Shown here one piece after another: positions 28,039 through 39,059 of a stretch of DNA of 50,047 nt. The position numbers and the translations under genes were made by a program. Each line of letters opens with the position of its first letter. The first letter of the stretch is position 1. The stretch is from Candidatus Iainarchaeum sp. (GTDB lineage Archaea; Iainarchaeota; Iainarchaeia; Iainarchaeales; JAGVWC01). The notes beneath the pieces were generated by a model. The model was not told the origin of the DNA. It made no database searches and was given only the letters and a program-made list of their open reading frames with translations. The DNA lies in assembly GCA_018304465.1 (NCBI GenBank), contig JAGVWC010000006.1:1-50047 (forward strand), in the 5' to 3' direction.

Positions 28039-28905
28039 TCAAAACGGAAAATAGTCATCCGGATTCTTTTTTTTCGGACGCACGATTTCGGATTCATCCG
28101 ATTCCTCGGTTTGGGTTTGCGCGTCCCCAGGTGCATCCGAAGATTCTTCCTCGGATTCTTCTTGGATTTCCTCGCTTTCCTGCACCGCGGTTCCGACAAA
28201 CGACGCGCCCCGAATCGCGGACTTGAAATTATCCATGTTGTTGGCGTTCAAAAAAATCGCTCCCACCTGGCTGCGCTTTAGAATCATGGCTGACACCAAA
28301 TCCACAGGAAAATTCTGACCTGGTTTGTGCTCGGCTTTGGACGCAAGATCGAACAATTTTTCAAACGACAACTCGCGGTACAGCCGCGCGCGCGAATTCG
28401 TCGCCGGATTCGAACTGTAAATCCCATCCGTGTTGCTTAGATTCACAAAAGTCGCGTTCAATTTTTCGGCCAGCAACGCGCCCACGGCATCCGTGGTAAA
28501 CCCCGGAACCAACCCGCCAAACACCGGGATTTTTCCCTGTTCCACCAGCGGCGTTGCTTCCTGAAACGACGTCAAAACAAACGGATGCGCCTTGTCCAAC
28601 GCGCACAAAAACAAAAACGCGTTGGCCCGCGTAATCGCGATTCCCAATTCATCCAACGCGAAATTATTGGCGTTTACTTCTCGCGCCGCCGAAATATACG
28701 ACCGAGCGATCGGTCCGCCCCCGACTACCAACGCAAATTTATACCCTTCGGAGGCCAAATTACTAATAGAAACGGCGATTTCACGAATCCTGGCCACGTT
28801 TGGCGTCGAATCCGAAAACAAGGCGCTTCCGCCCACCGAAATCACGAAAATCGAATGGTTTCCACCGTTGGCCGAAGGCACTGAAGAAGAACTCGTTTCT
28901 TCCAT
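28039..28905 (-). CDS. pyrH: Archaeal UMP kinase with acidic tail
   Basis: ISVGGS, VVGGG..AR.YI, DELGI..TRANA, PGFTTDAV, DGIY..NP. Confidence 0.93.
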   Translation of the reverse strand: MEETSSSSVPSANGGNHSIFVISVGGSALFSDSTPNVARIREIAVSISNLASEGYKFALVVGGGPIARSYISAAREVNANNFALDELGIAITRANAFLFLCALDKAHPFVLTSFQEATPLVEQGKIPVFGGLVPGFTTDAVGALLAEKLNATFVNLSNTDGIYSSNPATNSRARLYRELSFEKLFDLASKAEHKPGQNFPVDLVSAMILKRSQVGAIFLNANNMDNFKSAIRGASFVGTAVQESEEIQEESEEESSDAPGDAQTQTEESDESEIVRPKKKNPDDYFPF

Positions 28906-28989
28906 GGCCTGGTCAAACAGATTCGAAAACAAAACAATCCCGTTTTTTTTAATATTAAAAACAAGTTTGTTATATAAAAATGTGAGCGT

Positions 28990-31740
28990 ATGAAAAGCCA
29001 ATTAGAGGAAGTCAACGAAGCCGAAGTCGCGGTGTTCAAGAAAAACCTCAAAAAAATGGAACAATACCGCGGACGCGGAACCGAATTGATCAGTGTCTAC
29101 ATTCCCGAAAACGCGGACCGCGGAAGCGTCATGGGACAACTCACCGAAGAACTCTCGCAAAGCTCCAACATCAAATCCCCAAGCACCCGCAAAAACGTGC
29201 AAGGCGCGTTACGCAAAATCAGCCAGTTTCTCAAAAGCATCGATTTCAAAATTCCCGCCCGCGGCATCGTGGTGTTTGCGGGAAACGTTTCTCCCGTTGA
29301 AGGACGAAGCGATTTGCGCTTGTTCACGATTCACCCGCCCAAAGATCTTAAAACGAAATTATACTGGTGCGACTCGCAGTTCCATTTGGAACCCTTAAAA
29401 GACATGGTGAAAAGCACGGACATTTACGCCATCATCGTGCTGGACAAACGCGAAGCAACGGTCGCGGTTCTCACCGGAAAAAAATTCGACATCGTCGGAC
29501 ACTTCACCAGCATGGTCGCGGGAAAATCACGCGCCGGAGGACAATGCCTCAGCTCAGACACATTAATTCCATTGCCCGATGGCGATATCATCGAAATGAA
29601 AGACACGCATAATCCGCTCGGGGTATTGTCAGGAGACTTTGAAAAAAGCAGCATCATACCCTCGGCGGTGACCGACAAATGGGAAACCGAGAAAACGCCG
29701 CTAAAGATTGTAACGAAATATCCTCGCTTTGAGATTCAAAGCTCCAAAGACCATACTTTTTTCGTTCTTGAAAACGGAAAAGTAATTGAAAAAAAAGCAG
29801 AAAATCTGAAAGTAAAAGACCGGTTATTGTTTCCCGAAAAAATAACCATATTTGGAAAATACCAACCGCTTCAAACCCAGTTCTTTAATTCATACCAAAT
29901 ATCCAAAGCCGGAAGAGAGCTATTGATTGCCAAACGCCTTGAAAAAAAATGGGGACAAACGCAATTTGGAAAACGAATCGGAATTACGCAAACAGGAGTA
30001 TCCATTGTTGAGCGAGCAAAAAGCAATATTCGCCATGACTTGCTAATACAGTACCTGCTCGCTTTGGAGATTCCGTTCGAATCCTTTGTATATACTTATT
30101 GCACCCCGCTCCAGAATCACCGTCTTCCGCCGATATTGGACATTCCATTAGCCCAATTTATCGGATATTGGATCGGGGATGGAAACACCGAAAAAGAAAG
30201 GGTTTGTCTATCCGAGCAAGACCCGCAACTTTCGAACTACTATGCCGAGCATGCAAAAAAATTATTCAACGCCAATGTGCAAGTAAAGCACCGAAAAGAA
30301 AAAGGATATTTTGAAACCCGCATCTATGGAAAACCCATTGTGAAATTCCTTCAATCCGAGTTCCCCGAAAAACACGGCGCACTCGAATCGGAGATTCCCA
30401 AAAAAGTTTTGCGCTCTCCCGATAATGTCGTTGCCGCTTTTTTGAAGGGAATATTCGACGCGGAAGGATATGTATCCGACCGCGGGTTAGGACTCGGAAT
30501 CAACAACAAAAAGCTCGCCAAGCAACTCCAATTGGCATTACTCCGTTTCGGCATTATCACTTCAGTACATCCATATGATAACCGGCGGAATCCATATTCA
30601 AAGAACATCCGCTACACGCTTCAAACCCGGGAGACTAGATCATTAGAACTATTCCAAAAACAAATCGGCTTTTCATCCGAAGCCAAAAATAAAAAACTGA
30701 ATGCGCACATACAGAAAGGAAACACTCGAAGCGTCGTGCGCCAAATCCCCACACCCGGAAGCGAAGTTAGAAAAATTATTGAAAAAAATGGCTGGAAAAA
30801 ACAACGGTTCATTTCATCCAATATGTATCTCCAAGACCGCCGAAATATCAGTAAGCAAGCCTTCGAACGAACCATCCTGGCCAAAACAAAAACAAATCCG
30901 ACGCTGTATCAAGAAATTGAAAAAATAGCCGAACAGGAACTCATGCCAGTCGAAATTTTCCGTATCACGGGATCCGATACTCCCATTTCAATGGTGGATA
31001 TTAGCGTACAAAACCAAAACTTCGTTGCGGGGGGACTCATCGTACACAATTCGAGCGTTCGCTTCGAGCACTTGCGCGAAGAAGCCGCCAAAGACTTCTT
31101 CAAAAAAGTATCCGAAAAAACCAACCAGATTTTTTCCGATTATCAGGACAAGCTTAAAGGCCTCATCATCGGCGGACCGGGTCGCACCAAACACGAGTTT
31201 TTGGAACGCGAACTCCTCGATTACCGCTTAAAAGAAAAAATCATGGGAATCCTCGACTGCTCGTACACCGATGAAAGCGGCATCCGCGAAATCGTTCAAA
31301 AATCCGAAGATTTGCTTAAAGACGCGGAAATCACGCATGAACGCCAAATCGTCAACGAGTTCTTCGAAAAAATCGTCAAAGGCGACTTGGCGACCTATGG
31401 TCAAAAAGAAGTCGAAAACGCGTTGGATATCGGAAAAGCATCCATCCTTCTCATTTCCGAGGCATTGGAGTGGATTGTTCTCAAAAAACGCTGCGACAAA
31501 GAGGATTTCGACGAGGAAATCATCATCAAAGACCCCTTGAATTTCGATGAAAGCAAGGAAAGATGCTCAAAATGCGGCGGACCCATTGAAATATTGGAGC
31601 AAGTCGACTATGTGGATTGGATGATGGAAAAAACCAAATCCATCGGAGCCGAAACCCGCGTCATCAGCCGCGAAACCCCCGAAGGCGAAACCTTTTTCAA
31701 AGGATTCGGAGGCATCGGCGCCATTTTACGCTACAAATAA
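28990..31740 (+). CDS. prf1: Peptide chain release factor aRF1 containing an intein (spliced length 414 aa)
   Basis: GRGTELISVYIP, NIKS, YWCDS.F, GGQ|S..RF, GFGGIGAILRY. Confidence 0.96.
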   Translation: MKSQLEEVNEAEVAVFKKNLKKMEQYRGRGTELISVYIPENADRGSVMGQLTEELSQSSNIKSPSTRKNVQGALRKISQFLKSIDFKIPARGIVVFAGNVSPVEGRSDLRLFTIHPPKDLKTKLYWCDSQFHLEPLKDMVKSTDIYAIIVLDKREATVAVLTGKKFDIVGHFTSMVAGKSRAGGQCLSSDTLIPLPDGDIIEMKDTHNPLGVLSGDFEKSSIIPSAVTDKWETEKTPLKIVTKYPRFEIQSSKDHTFFVLENGKVIEKKAENLKVKDRLLFPEKITIFGKYQPLQTQFFNSYQISKAGRELLIAKRLEKKWGQTQFGKRIGITQTGVSIVERAKSNIRHDLLIQYLLALEIPFESFVYTYCTPLQNHRLPPILDIPLAQFIGYWIGDGNTEKERVCLSEQDPQLSNYYAEHAKKLFNANVQVKHRKEKGYFETRIYGKPIVKFLQSEFPEKHGALESEIPKKVLRSPDNVVAAFLKGIFDAEGYVSDRGLGLGINNKKLAKQLQLALLRFGIITSVHPYDNRRNPYSKNIRYTLQTRETRSLELFQKQIGFSSEAKNKKLNAHIQKGNTRSVVRQIPTPGSEVRKIIEKNGWKKQRFISSNMYLQDRRNISKQAFERTILAKTKTNPTLYQEIEKIAEQELMPVEIFRITGSDTPISMVDISVQNQNFVAGGLIVHNSSVRFEHLREEAAKDFFKKVSEKTNQIFSDYQDKLKGLIIGGPGRTKHEFLERELLDYRLKEKIMGILDCSYTDESGIREIVQKSEDLLKDAEITHERQIVNEFFEKIVKGDLATYGQKEVENALDIGKASILLISEALEWIVLKKRCDKEDFDEEIIIKDPLNFDESKERCSKCGGPIEILEQVDYVDWMMEKTKSIGAETRVISRETPEGETFFKGFGGIGAILRYK
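29545..31050 (+). mobile_element. Intein (502 aa) with LAGLIDADG homing endonuclease and Xre-HTH insert
   Basis: Block A CLSSDTLI, block B SKDH, LAGLIDADG motifs IGYWIGDG and LKGIFDAEG, block F MVDISV, block G IVHN/S; codon usage differs from the exteins. Confidence 0.95.
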
Positions 31741-31758
31741 CCGAACGGAAAACAAACC

Positions 31759-33012
31759 ATGACCACTGTTTTTTCAACCCAAAGCCAAGGCATCGGCGGT
31801 ACCCTCAAATACCGCTACAGCGACTTTTTAGTCGAAGAAATCCAGCCCAATGGAAAGCCCTGTGAAATCAAGCGTTTTTTTGGGGACACCGGATTGGACA
31901 ACGCCACCCCCATTCAAGCACCCGAAAAACCCCTCGACCGCGCCCAAAGCCATCTGCACTGCGACCTTGAAAAATACAACTGTGATATTCCCATGGCACT
32001 CGCGCATTTATCGCGTTTCTTACACGTCAGCAAAAAACGCGTCGGATACGCGGGACTCAAAGACAAACGCGCCATTACCTGCCAGCGCATTTCCTTATTC
32101 GATCCCGATTTAAAACAATTGGAACGCTTCCGCTCGCGCATGATGGATTTACGCAATTTTGAATGGTCCGACCAACGCATCGAAATCGGAGACCTCAGCG
32201 GAAACCGGTTCACCATCACGATCCGAAACATCGATCTTGGCCGCGACGAAATCCAAAACCGAATCAACGAATTCGAACGCCAAGCCGAAACCATCGGGGT
32301 CGCCAATTACTTTGGCGAACAACGCTTCGGCGGCATCCGACAAAATACGCATTTGGTCGGAAAACTCTTGCTCAAAGGAAAACTCGACGAAGGCATCTTG
32401 CTGTACCTGACGCACTTATCCGAAAAAGAAAGCCCTGAACTCACCGAAATCCGGAAAAAACTGGCGGCCGACCATGATTTTGGTTTTGCCCTCAAAGCGT
32501 TTCCCCAAAAATACCGGTTTGAACGCGCCATGCTCCAACACCTGCACAACAACCCCAACGATTATGCCGGCGCGCTCCAAAAACTCCCCAAACACCTGCG
32601 GTACTTGTTCACCCACGCCTGGCAATCGCATTTGTTCAATGAACTATTATCCAAACGCATGCAAAGCGGCATCGGACTCCAACCGATTCCAAAAGACAAA
32701 ATCGAAAACGGAGAAATCATGCACCCGTTGCTTGGATTCGATTCTATCCTGGACGAAGGAAAACTCGGCGCACTCGAACAAGAAGTACTAATCGAAAACG
32801 ATTTTTCCCTGCCCGAATTCAAAAGCACCAAAATCCCCGAAATCTCCTCGGCCGGAAGCCACCGGCAAATCAGCGTCAAACCAAAAAACTGGAAAACCCT
32901 CGCAATCCAAGACGACGAATATTTTCCGGGAAAACAAAAAGCCACCGTATCGTTTGAACTCGTCAAAGGAACCTATGCGACAACCGTGTTAAACGAACTG
33001 ATGAAAAACTAA
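31759..33012 (+). CDS. truD: tRNA pseudouridine(13) synthase
   Basis: DFLVEE, YAGLKDKRAITCQ, GNRFTITIR, NYFGEQRFG, F.L.KGTYAT. Confidence 0.96.
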   Translation: MTTVFSTQSQGIGGTLKYRYSDFLVEEIQPNGKPCEIKRFFGDTGLDNATPIQAPEKPLDRAQSHLHCDLEKYNCDIPMALAHLSRFLHVSKKRVGYAGLKDKRAITCQRISLFDPDLKQLERFRSRMMDLRNFEWSDQRIEIGDLSGNRFTITIRNIDLGRDEIQNRINEFERQAETIGVANYFGEQRFGGIRQNTHLVGKLLLKGKLDEGILLYLTHLSEKESPELTEIRKKLAADHDFGFALKAFPQKYRFERAMLQHLHNNPNDYAGALQKLPKHLRYLFTHAWQSHLFNELLSKRMQSGIGLQPIPKDKIENGEIMHPLLGFDSILDEGKLGALEQEVLIENDFSLPEFKSTKIPEISSAGSHRQISVKPKNWKTLAIQDDEYFPGKQKATVSFELVKGTYATTVLNELMKN

Positions 33013-33677
33013 TTTTGAAACAAAACGACTTTGTCATCACAGGACACAATGGAAAGCAACTTGTTCTGATCCGTAAGCGAACCCAACACGACATTGTTGT
33101 CGATGACAAGCGACGGCACCGCGGTAACGCCATACTGGGCCTGGATTAACGGAACCAAATCCACGTCTTCGTCCACCGCCAAAGCAAAAATCTTGACATT
33201 TGGACACTTTTCCCGCACGACTTCCAAAATTTCCCCTTGCACCTGACACTCCGCACACGGGGGATGCGTCCGATAAAAATACAACACAGACACCACGTTG
33301 GTGCGGCACTTTTGCTTTAACATCGTCGTGTACAACCAAAGTTCGATCCGGTTCAATAAGTATTTTTTCTTCAAGGAACCGTAATTTCCCAGCAAGTTCG
33401 CGTTTTCAAACGCCGCAAGCTTCGAAAAAAATAAATCCCCTTCATTCGAACGAATCGTCGCGCTTTTGTCGATGACTTCGCAAAACGCCGAGCTTTCGGA
33501 AGGATCAAACACCTGATTGTGGAAAAACAAAATCCGATTGGTTTCCGATTCCAGCGAAAGCGAATCGATTTCGCCGTTCAAAACCGAAATACGCGAATCA
33601 TCCATCAACCAAACCGTCGCAAAAACCACGGCCAAAATCGCGGCCGTGACCAACCCCGCCTGCACATACCGATTCAT
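33009..33677 (-). CDS. Membrane-anchored thioredoxin-like protein
   Basis: N-terminal TM; LYFY...CAEC; YGVTAVPSLVID. Confidence 0.8.
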   Translation of the reverse strand: MNRYVQAGLVTAAILAVVFATVWLMDDSRISVLNGEIDSLSLESETNRILFFHNQVFDPSESSAFCEVIDKSATIRSNEGDLFFSKLAAFENANLLGNYGSLKKKYLLNRIELWLYTTMLKQKCRTNVVSVLYFYRTHPPCAECQVQGEILEVVREKCPNVKIFALAVDEDVDLVPLIQAQYGVTAVPSLVIDNNVVLGSLTDQNKLLSIVSCDDKVVLFQN

Positions 33678-33678
33678 T

Positions 33679-34998
33679 TCACCACGACCGTTTGGAAGCC
33701 TTCAATTCCTTGAACAGGCTAATCGTATACACAAAAGAAATCATGAGAGGATAAAAAAAGATCGAAACCAACGCCGGCAAAAACATCGAAGCCGTCGACT
33801 TTATGTGAATCATTGAAATACTGTGCTTGAAAAAAACGTACCACACCGCAACCGCGACCACGACGAATACAGCCAAAGAATTAATCGTAAAATTCTCGAA
33901 AACAAACCGAATTAAGGGAAAATGATTCACGGACAAGGAATACTGCAACTGCAAAAACCACTGGTAAATGCCATAAAAAATCAGGCCCCAAATCACGACA
34001 AACGAAAGCAAAATCATCGAAACGAACACGGCGAGCGCGGGAAAGAAAAAACGCCCGAACTCGTTTAACGAAGGACTCAAAAACATGTTCTTGTACTTGA
34101 CCAGATTAAAAATCGTTCCACGATACCAGCGCACCCGTTGCTTATACAAACCCATTAACGTCGCGGGAACATCCGTCGGAACCTGGGTGGGACAATACTC
34201 CAACGCAAACCCGTGACTATGCAACCGCAACGCGATTTCCATGTCCTCCGTCAGATTATCCTCGTCAAACCCCTTGATGGCCACCAGCGCTTTGCGCGAA
34301 AACACCGTCAAAGGACCCGGTGCCACGTACAACCCATCCAATTGCGCCGCGACCTTGGAATAAAAACCAAAACCCGAAAAATACTCGACTTGCTGCATCC
34401 GCTGCACAAACGTTTTCGGATTCGCCACCGTAATAAACGGCGTCACGGCCCCCACGTTTTTTTTCACGAAAAAACGCGGAACACAATCCAACAAAACATT
34501 GGGATTCGGATACGTGTCCGAATCAACACACACGATCAAATCCGACTTCACCTTTTTGATCATTTGGTTCAATCCCTTGGCTTTTCCAATATTGGTCGGC
34601 TGACGAAACACTTTGACGGACTTGAATTTTTTCAAAATTTCGGCCGTATTGTCCGTGGAACCATCATCAATCACCCACACAGTGAATTTTTTGGGATAAT
34701 TCATTTTCAGAACCGCGGAAAGACACGCGCCAAGCGATTTTGCGGAATTATAACTTGGAATCAACACCGAAACCGAAGGAAAACGCTTGAGTTTCAAAGG
34801 CAGCACCACCGGCTCGTTTTGATCCGTTAAAACATAAAAAACCGTGATGTACAATCCAATGGACGCCACCAGAATATAGTACGCTTTCGAATACTCCGGA
34901 TTGAAAAAAATAAACAAAAAAATCGACGCTAAAACAACGAGCGCCACCGCGAACAACAAAATATTCCGCAATCCGATCCGCTGTTCCTGAAAAGTCAT
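33679..34998 (-). CDS. Processive GT2 glycosyltransferase (cellulose/PNAG-synthase-like)
   Basis: IPSYN, DDGSTD, GKAKGLN, VDSD, TED, QRVRW; TM segments at both ends. Confidence 0.92.
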   Translation of the reverse strand: MTFQEQRIGLRNILLFAVALVVLASIFLFIFFNPEYSKAYYILVASIGLYITVFYVLTDQNEPVVLPLKLKRFPSVSVLIPSYNSAKSLGACLSAVLKMNYPKKFTVWVIDDGSTDNTAEILKKFKSVKVFRQPTNIGKAKGLNQMIKKVKSDLIVCVDSDTYPNPNVLLDCVPRFFVKKNVGAVTPFITVANPKTFVQRMQQVEYFSGFGFYSKVAAQLDGLYVAPGPLTVFSRKALVAIKGFDEDNLTEDMEIALRLHSHGFALEYCPTQVPTDVPATLMGLYKQRVRWYRGTIFNLVKYKNMFLSPSLNEFGRFFFPALAVFVSMILLSFVVIWGLIFYGIYQWFLQLQYSLSVNHFPLIRFVFENFTINSLAVFVVVAVAVWYVFFKHSISMIHIKSTASMFLPALVSIFFYPLMISFVYTISLFKELKASKRSW

Positions 34999-35058
34999 TG
35001 CAACACGCCCACTACAACCCAATTACTTGTTTTTCGAATAAAACCCTTTGGGTGCAAC

Positions 35059-35712
35059 TTATTGCACCGATCCCGCCATTCCGTTCACGGCATCGATCAC
35101 GGACTGGGCATTTGGAAATCCGCGCGAGATCACCCAAAATGACAAGTTATTCAGGGAATCAAAATCTTTTGACTGCACCGAGACGGATCCCTTTTCGAAC
35201 ACCGCGAGGTTTTTTTCCCGCGACGGATCCGGCCACTTGATCAAAACCTTTTTTCCCGAAAAATCATTCACAAACGACAAGCATTCGTCTTTGGTCAATT
35301 CCACGTCGCGCAACACGTCCCCCATGTTCGAGCGACAACCGAGTAAAGTTCCTTTTGAATCGTGTTCGAAATACAGCATCGTGACGTTTTTCTGATTTCC
35401 GATCAACACGACGGAAAACAAATTCGCGGCATTGGCCAGATACGGATTGGCGAGGCCTTCGCCGTTACGCAACTCCACCCCCACCAAATACTGGGTGTCC
35501 GAAGAAAACAACGAAATTTCGTTTGGAATCGGACCCGAATTCGATCCCAGCATTAAAGAGGGGGTTTCTTCCACAAAACGAAACGGCTGATACGTCAAAA
35601 CCGCAACCGCGGCCACCAACATGAGAATCAAAACAACCAAAAAACCCGCGATGAACTTCCAATTCATCTTTTTTTCCGAAACGGAATTCGAAGCACTTTT
35701 CGTCACAGCCAT
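35059..35712 (-). CDS. Hypothetical single-TM protein
   Basis: N-terminal TM, 217 aa, co-oriented with GT2. Confidence 0.75.
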   Translation of the reverse strand: MAVTKSASNSVSEKKMNWKFIAGFLVVLILMLVAAVAVLTYQPFRFVEETPSLMLGSNSGPIPNEISLFSSDTQYLVGVELRNGEGLANPYLANAANLFSVVLIGNQKNVTMLYFEHDSKGTLLGCRSNMGDVLRDVELTKDECLSFVNDFSGKKVLIKWPDPSREKNLAVFEKGSVSVQSKDFDSLNNLSFWVISRGFPNAQSVIDAVNGMAGSVQ

Positions 35713-35799
35713 ATACCAAATCCCCAAAAAAACTCTTTTAAATGCCCGCTAATGACCCGCAAAACCCCAAAGAAAACGCAGATTAAGAAGATGAAAACA

Positions 35800-35846
35800 G
35801 GTTAAAAAAAAATAGAAGAAGAGAGGAGAGCCAAAACTCTCCTCTC
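35800..35846 (-). terminator. Hairpin plus U-tract after the S-layer gene
   Basis: GAGAGGAGAG-CCAAAA-CTCTCCTCTC (35821-35846), followed on the minus strand by a T-rich run. Confidence 0.8.
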
Positions 35847-35861
35847 ACGAAATTATCGGAT

Positions 35862-38727
35862 TTACTGAACGAGTGCGTCCAAGGTGTTAATAAGGTCTTG
35901 GGCTGCGCGTCCGGTATCGTCCGCAGTGTATCCGGCTACAATCATGTCGCCGTTAGGCAACTTCTCGGCCTTCATATCGCCCGACTTTGTCAACGCGTCT
36001 TGCAGCGTCGTATTGTCGGCCAATGTGAGGTTTCGAGCTAGGCTGTTGACCAGGTATCCGCCTACGATGATGACTTTTCCGGCCGGGCGAGTCACGTCGG
36101 TAAACACCAAGTTTCCTTGGAGTGGTACGACTTTCTCGTAGCTGGCGGGGGTACAGGCGCCTCCTGCGGCGCAAGTTCCAGTCACATTGGTGACGGTTAC
36201 TTTGGTTCCTGACGGGGTCGTCTGGGTTGTGTTCAAAGTCAGACCCGTCAAGTCATCTCCGCCGGTCGGCGTGGTCGTCGTGGCTGATCCACCAACGATC
36301 AAATCGATGTAGCGGCGATTCTGCGGCATAGTTGCGGTTACAACACCGTCGGCCAAAACGACTTTCGATCCCCAATCGGTGTAGGCTTGGTGGAGATAGG
36401 GTTCGTCGTTTCGCAACGACATGCTATATTCCCATGTTCCGTTGAAGTTGACGTCCGAAGAGTAGTTTGAGAGGTTCACATTCGGGAACGTCACGGTTTT
36501 GTGGGTAGCAGAGTCGATGTATACGTTCATGTCGTAGGTGCCCGTGGTGTTGTTTTCGTCGATTGCAAGCTGCGCGACAGAGAACGAATTATCCGCTGGG
36601 TTTCCGCCAATGTCCAAGACATCGGGGAAGTAGTATTGCGGATCGGTTGAGATGATTTGTCCCAATTCACCGGTGTCGGTTCCAAACAGTCGGACATGCT
36701 TGTTGTATTCCGCGGTCATGGTTTGGGCATCCAACAACAACCATACGCTCGGCGAGTAAGTCTCGTTCACGTAGAGGGCGTAGTTGTAGGTTTGGCTGTT
36801 GGCTCCTTCCAAAACGACGGGTGATGCGCGGTAAGCTAGTGGAAAGTCCACCGAGGTAGTCGGTCGAGGTTGCGCTCGTGATCGTTGCTTTGGCGAAGGT
36901 GACGTTTCCGTCGGCCAAACAGTTCAGGTGCTTGTTACCGTCGACTGCTGGGAATACGGTACATGTGTAGGCCACGTTGTTCAGATCAAGAGTCCGAGTG
37001 TAGTTTCCAACGATGGCGATCATGTTCATATCGAGTCCGCGAGCCGTGTCGAAGATCGTGTTACTATCGTCGGTCACCACATCGATTCCGTTCAGAACGT
37101 TGTTGTCCTTTCCGAGCGTGAAGTTCAGATCGGTGGTATTGGTTTTATAGTACACGGTCTTCGTGTCGAACGAAAACGAGTTTCCGCTCGCCGAAGTACT
37201 CAGGTTGATGTAGAACGGGATATTGTGTTCTGTTCCTGAGGTATCCTTGTACTTGATGTTGTTGCTTCCAACAACGATCGGGGTTGTGGATTCTTTTTCT
37301 TCCCAACCTTTGAAGTCGATGTAGGCATAGCCTTCATTCGGGTCTCCGGTTCCGGCCAAGAGCTTGACGGGATCCGTTGTCTTACCGGTCAATGATTGTC
37401 CTGGCGTTGATGGAAAGATTGGGTTTGTGGCATCCCATACTTTTCGGCTGTTTCCGATGGCAATCGACAGAAGCTTGTTGGCATCGGTCGAAGTTCCAGC
37501 GGTTCCAGTTCCTTCGCTTAGCGTTACTTTCCAGTCCCACGGACCGTTGGTATTCGAAGCGTCGTAGGGGTATCCTTTTCCGTCGTACAGGTCAACAGAC
37601 GCTGCTCCGACGTACAAGTCCACGGTTCCGGTGCTCAAGTCTTGGGTGTTGGTCACCAAAATATCGTCGAAGTAAATCGAGTCTTGGACGACATAGTTTC
37701 CTTGGGCATCCTGGAACTGCACGTAGTTCTTACGCTGAGTAGACTGGGTGTTGATGACCACTCCGTCTTCGTCGTACAGGGTGAACTTGGCCGTGTAAGA
37801 TCCACCAGATGAGGATTGTCCAATCTGGGTGAGCGTGACGGTGAGAGTTTCTCCTGCCCAAGCATAGCCTGCCTTTCCTTTTACGGTAAAGGTATCGTCT
37901 ACGCTAAAGGTCTGCTTGGCCGTATCTTCGATCAATCGAACATAGTTGATGGACGAAGTGTCGGTGTTTGCGACTTTTTGGACTACATAGCGCTTTCCAA
38001 ACAATGGAATACGTTGGTTGTCGTTCTGGTCGTCCTGAAAGTCGGTTGCTCCGGCTGTTGCTTCGTAGCGGTAGATTCCGGTTCCAAGGTCAACGGTGTA
38101 GTTAAAGTCGTTTTCTCCGTTGACGAACAAGGCCAGGTCTTTCCACTGCGTACCGGTCGTGTCGAATCGTGCATCCGCATTGATTCCGATGTATTCTTTC
38201 ATCGTAACCGTTGTATCAGATCCGTTATAGCGGAGCGTGTCCGTGGCTTCGTACAAGGACGGCAACTGCGAATGGCTCAGTTGAATCGGGCGTCCGGTCA
38301 AGGTCAATCCTTGGACAGTCGTCGATCTTCCGAATTCGTAGCGTCCGTTGGTCGTACTTCCCTGCACTGAGGTCAGATACGAGTCTTTGTACTCTTTTCC
38401 GCCTGAGACAGTCGTGCTTCCGCCGATGGTCAGGTCCACTGAGACGTTGCTTAATGTGGCATTACCGTCTCCGGCACCCGAGGTCACCGATACGGTGCGG
38501 GTTGAGAGTTGTGCTACTTTTGCCGCAATGTTTCCGGCCCAGACAAAGTCTGAGACAGCCGCATTGGTTCCGGCAACGACGCTGACGACAGGTTCTCCCT
38601 GTGCGTTGACAACATCGTCTTTGGTCAGGTTGGTGAACGCGGCGGTCACGATTGGCGCGACTGCGGTTCCCACCAAGACGGCTCCGGTTGCGATTGCAGC
38701 CAGTTTCTTGATGTTTAGTTTCTTCAT
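35862..38727 (-). CDS. S-layer protein (S_layer_N/S_layer_C type), split by a frame break near 36850
   Basis: MKKLNIKKLAAIATGAVL signal, VVAG..AA.SD...A..IA, C-terminal IIVGGYLVNSL...IVAGYTADDT..AA; GAGGTGA RBS; C-ending codon bias; ORFs 36667-38727 and 35862-36851 in different frames. Confidence 0.9.
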
Positions 38728-38766
38728 GTTTTCTTTTCACCTCACATGAAAACGATCAAAATGGAT

Positions 38767-38850
38767 CCTATATTATAGCAAGCTCCAAAAAAAGGCGGAG
38801 AATGCTAAGATACAGGCTAAAGTATTGATTGCGTCAGGGTGTTTAAATAG
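38767..38850 (-). promoter_or_regulatory. S-layer promoter and 5'-UTR hairpin
   Basis: TTTAAA box near 38842-38847; stem CCUGUAU..UAGCA..CUCC / GGAG..UGCUA..AUAUAGG at 38767-38816, with a G-U pair valid only on the minus strand. Confidence 0.65.
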
Positions 38851-39059
38851 CTTTCGATTATTGTACCAATCCCCCGGATTAAACACGGTTTACAAGGCGT
38901 TTTTTACGCTTTTACGGGAAAACGGTGTCGTGAATCAACGAACCCGAAATAGAGGTCAAAAACAAGCCATAAACGCTGAATAGAAGGAGTATTTTTCGAA
39001 GCCAAAAAAGGGCTGATCCCCAAAAAAGAACGAATCACACCCAAAACAGCCGTTTTTGG

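Noticed and set aside
28990-31740. Stop-codon reassignment linked to the unusual aRF1
   Set aside because: TAA, TAG and TGA all end genes at expected lengths; NIKS and YxCxxxF motifs look standard
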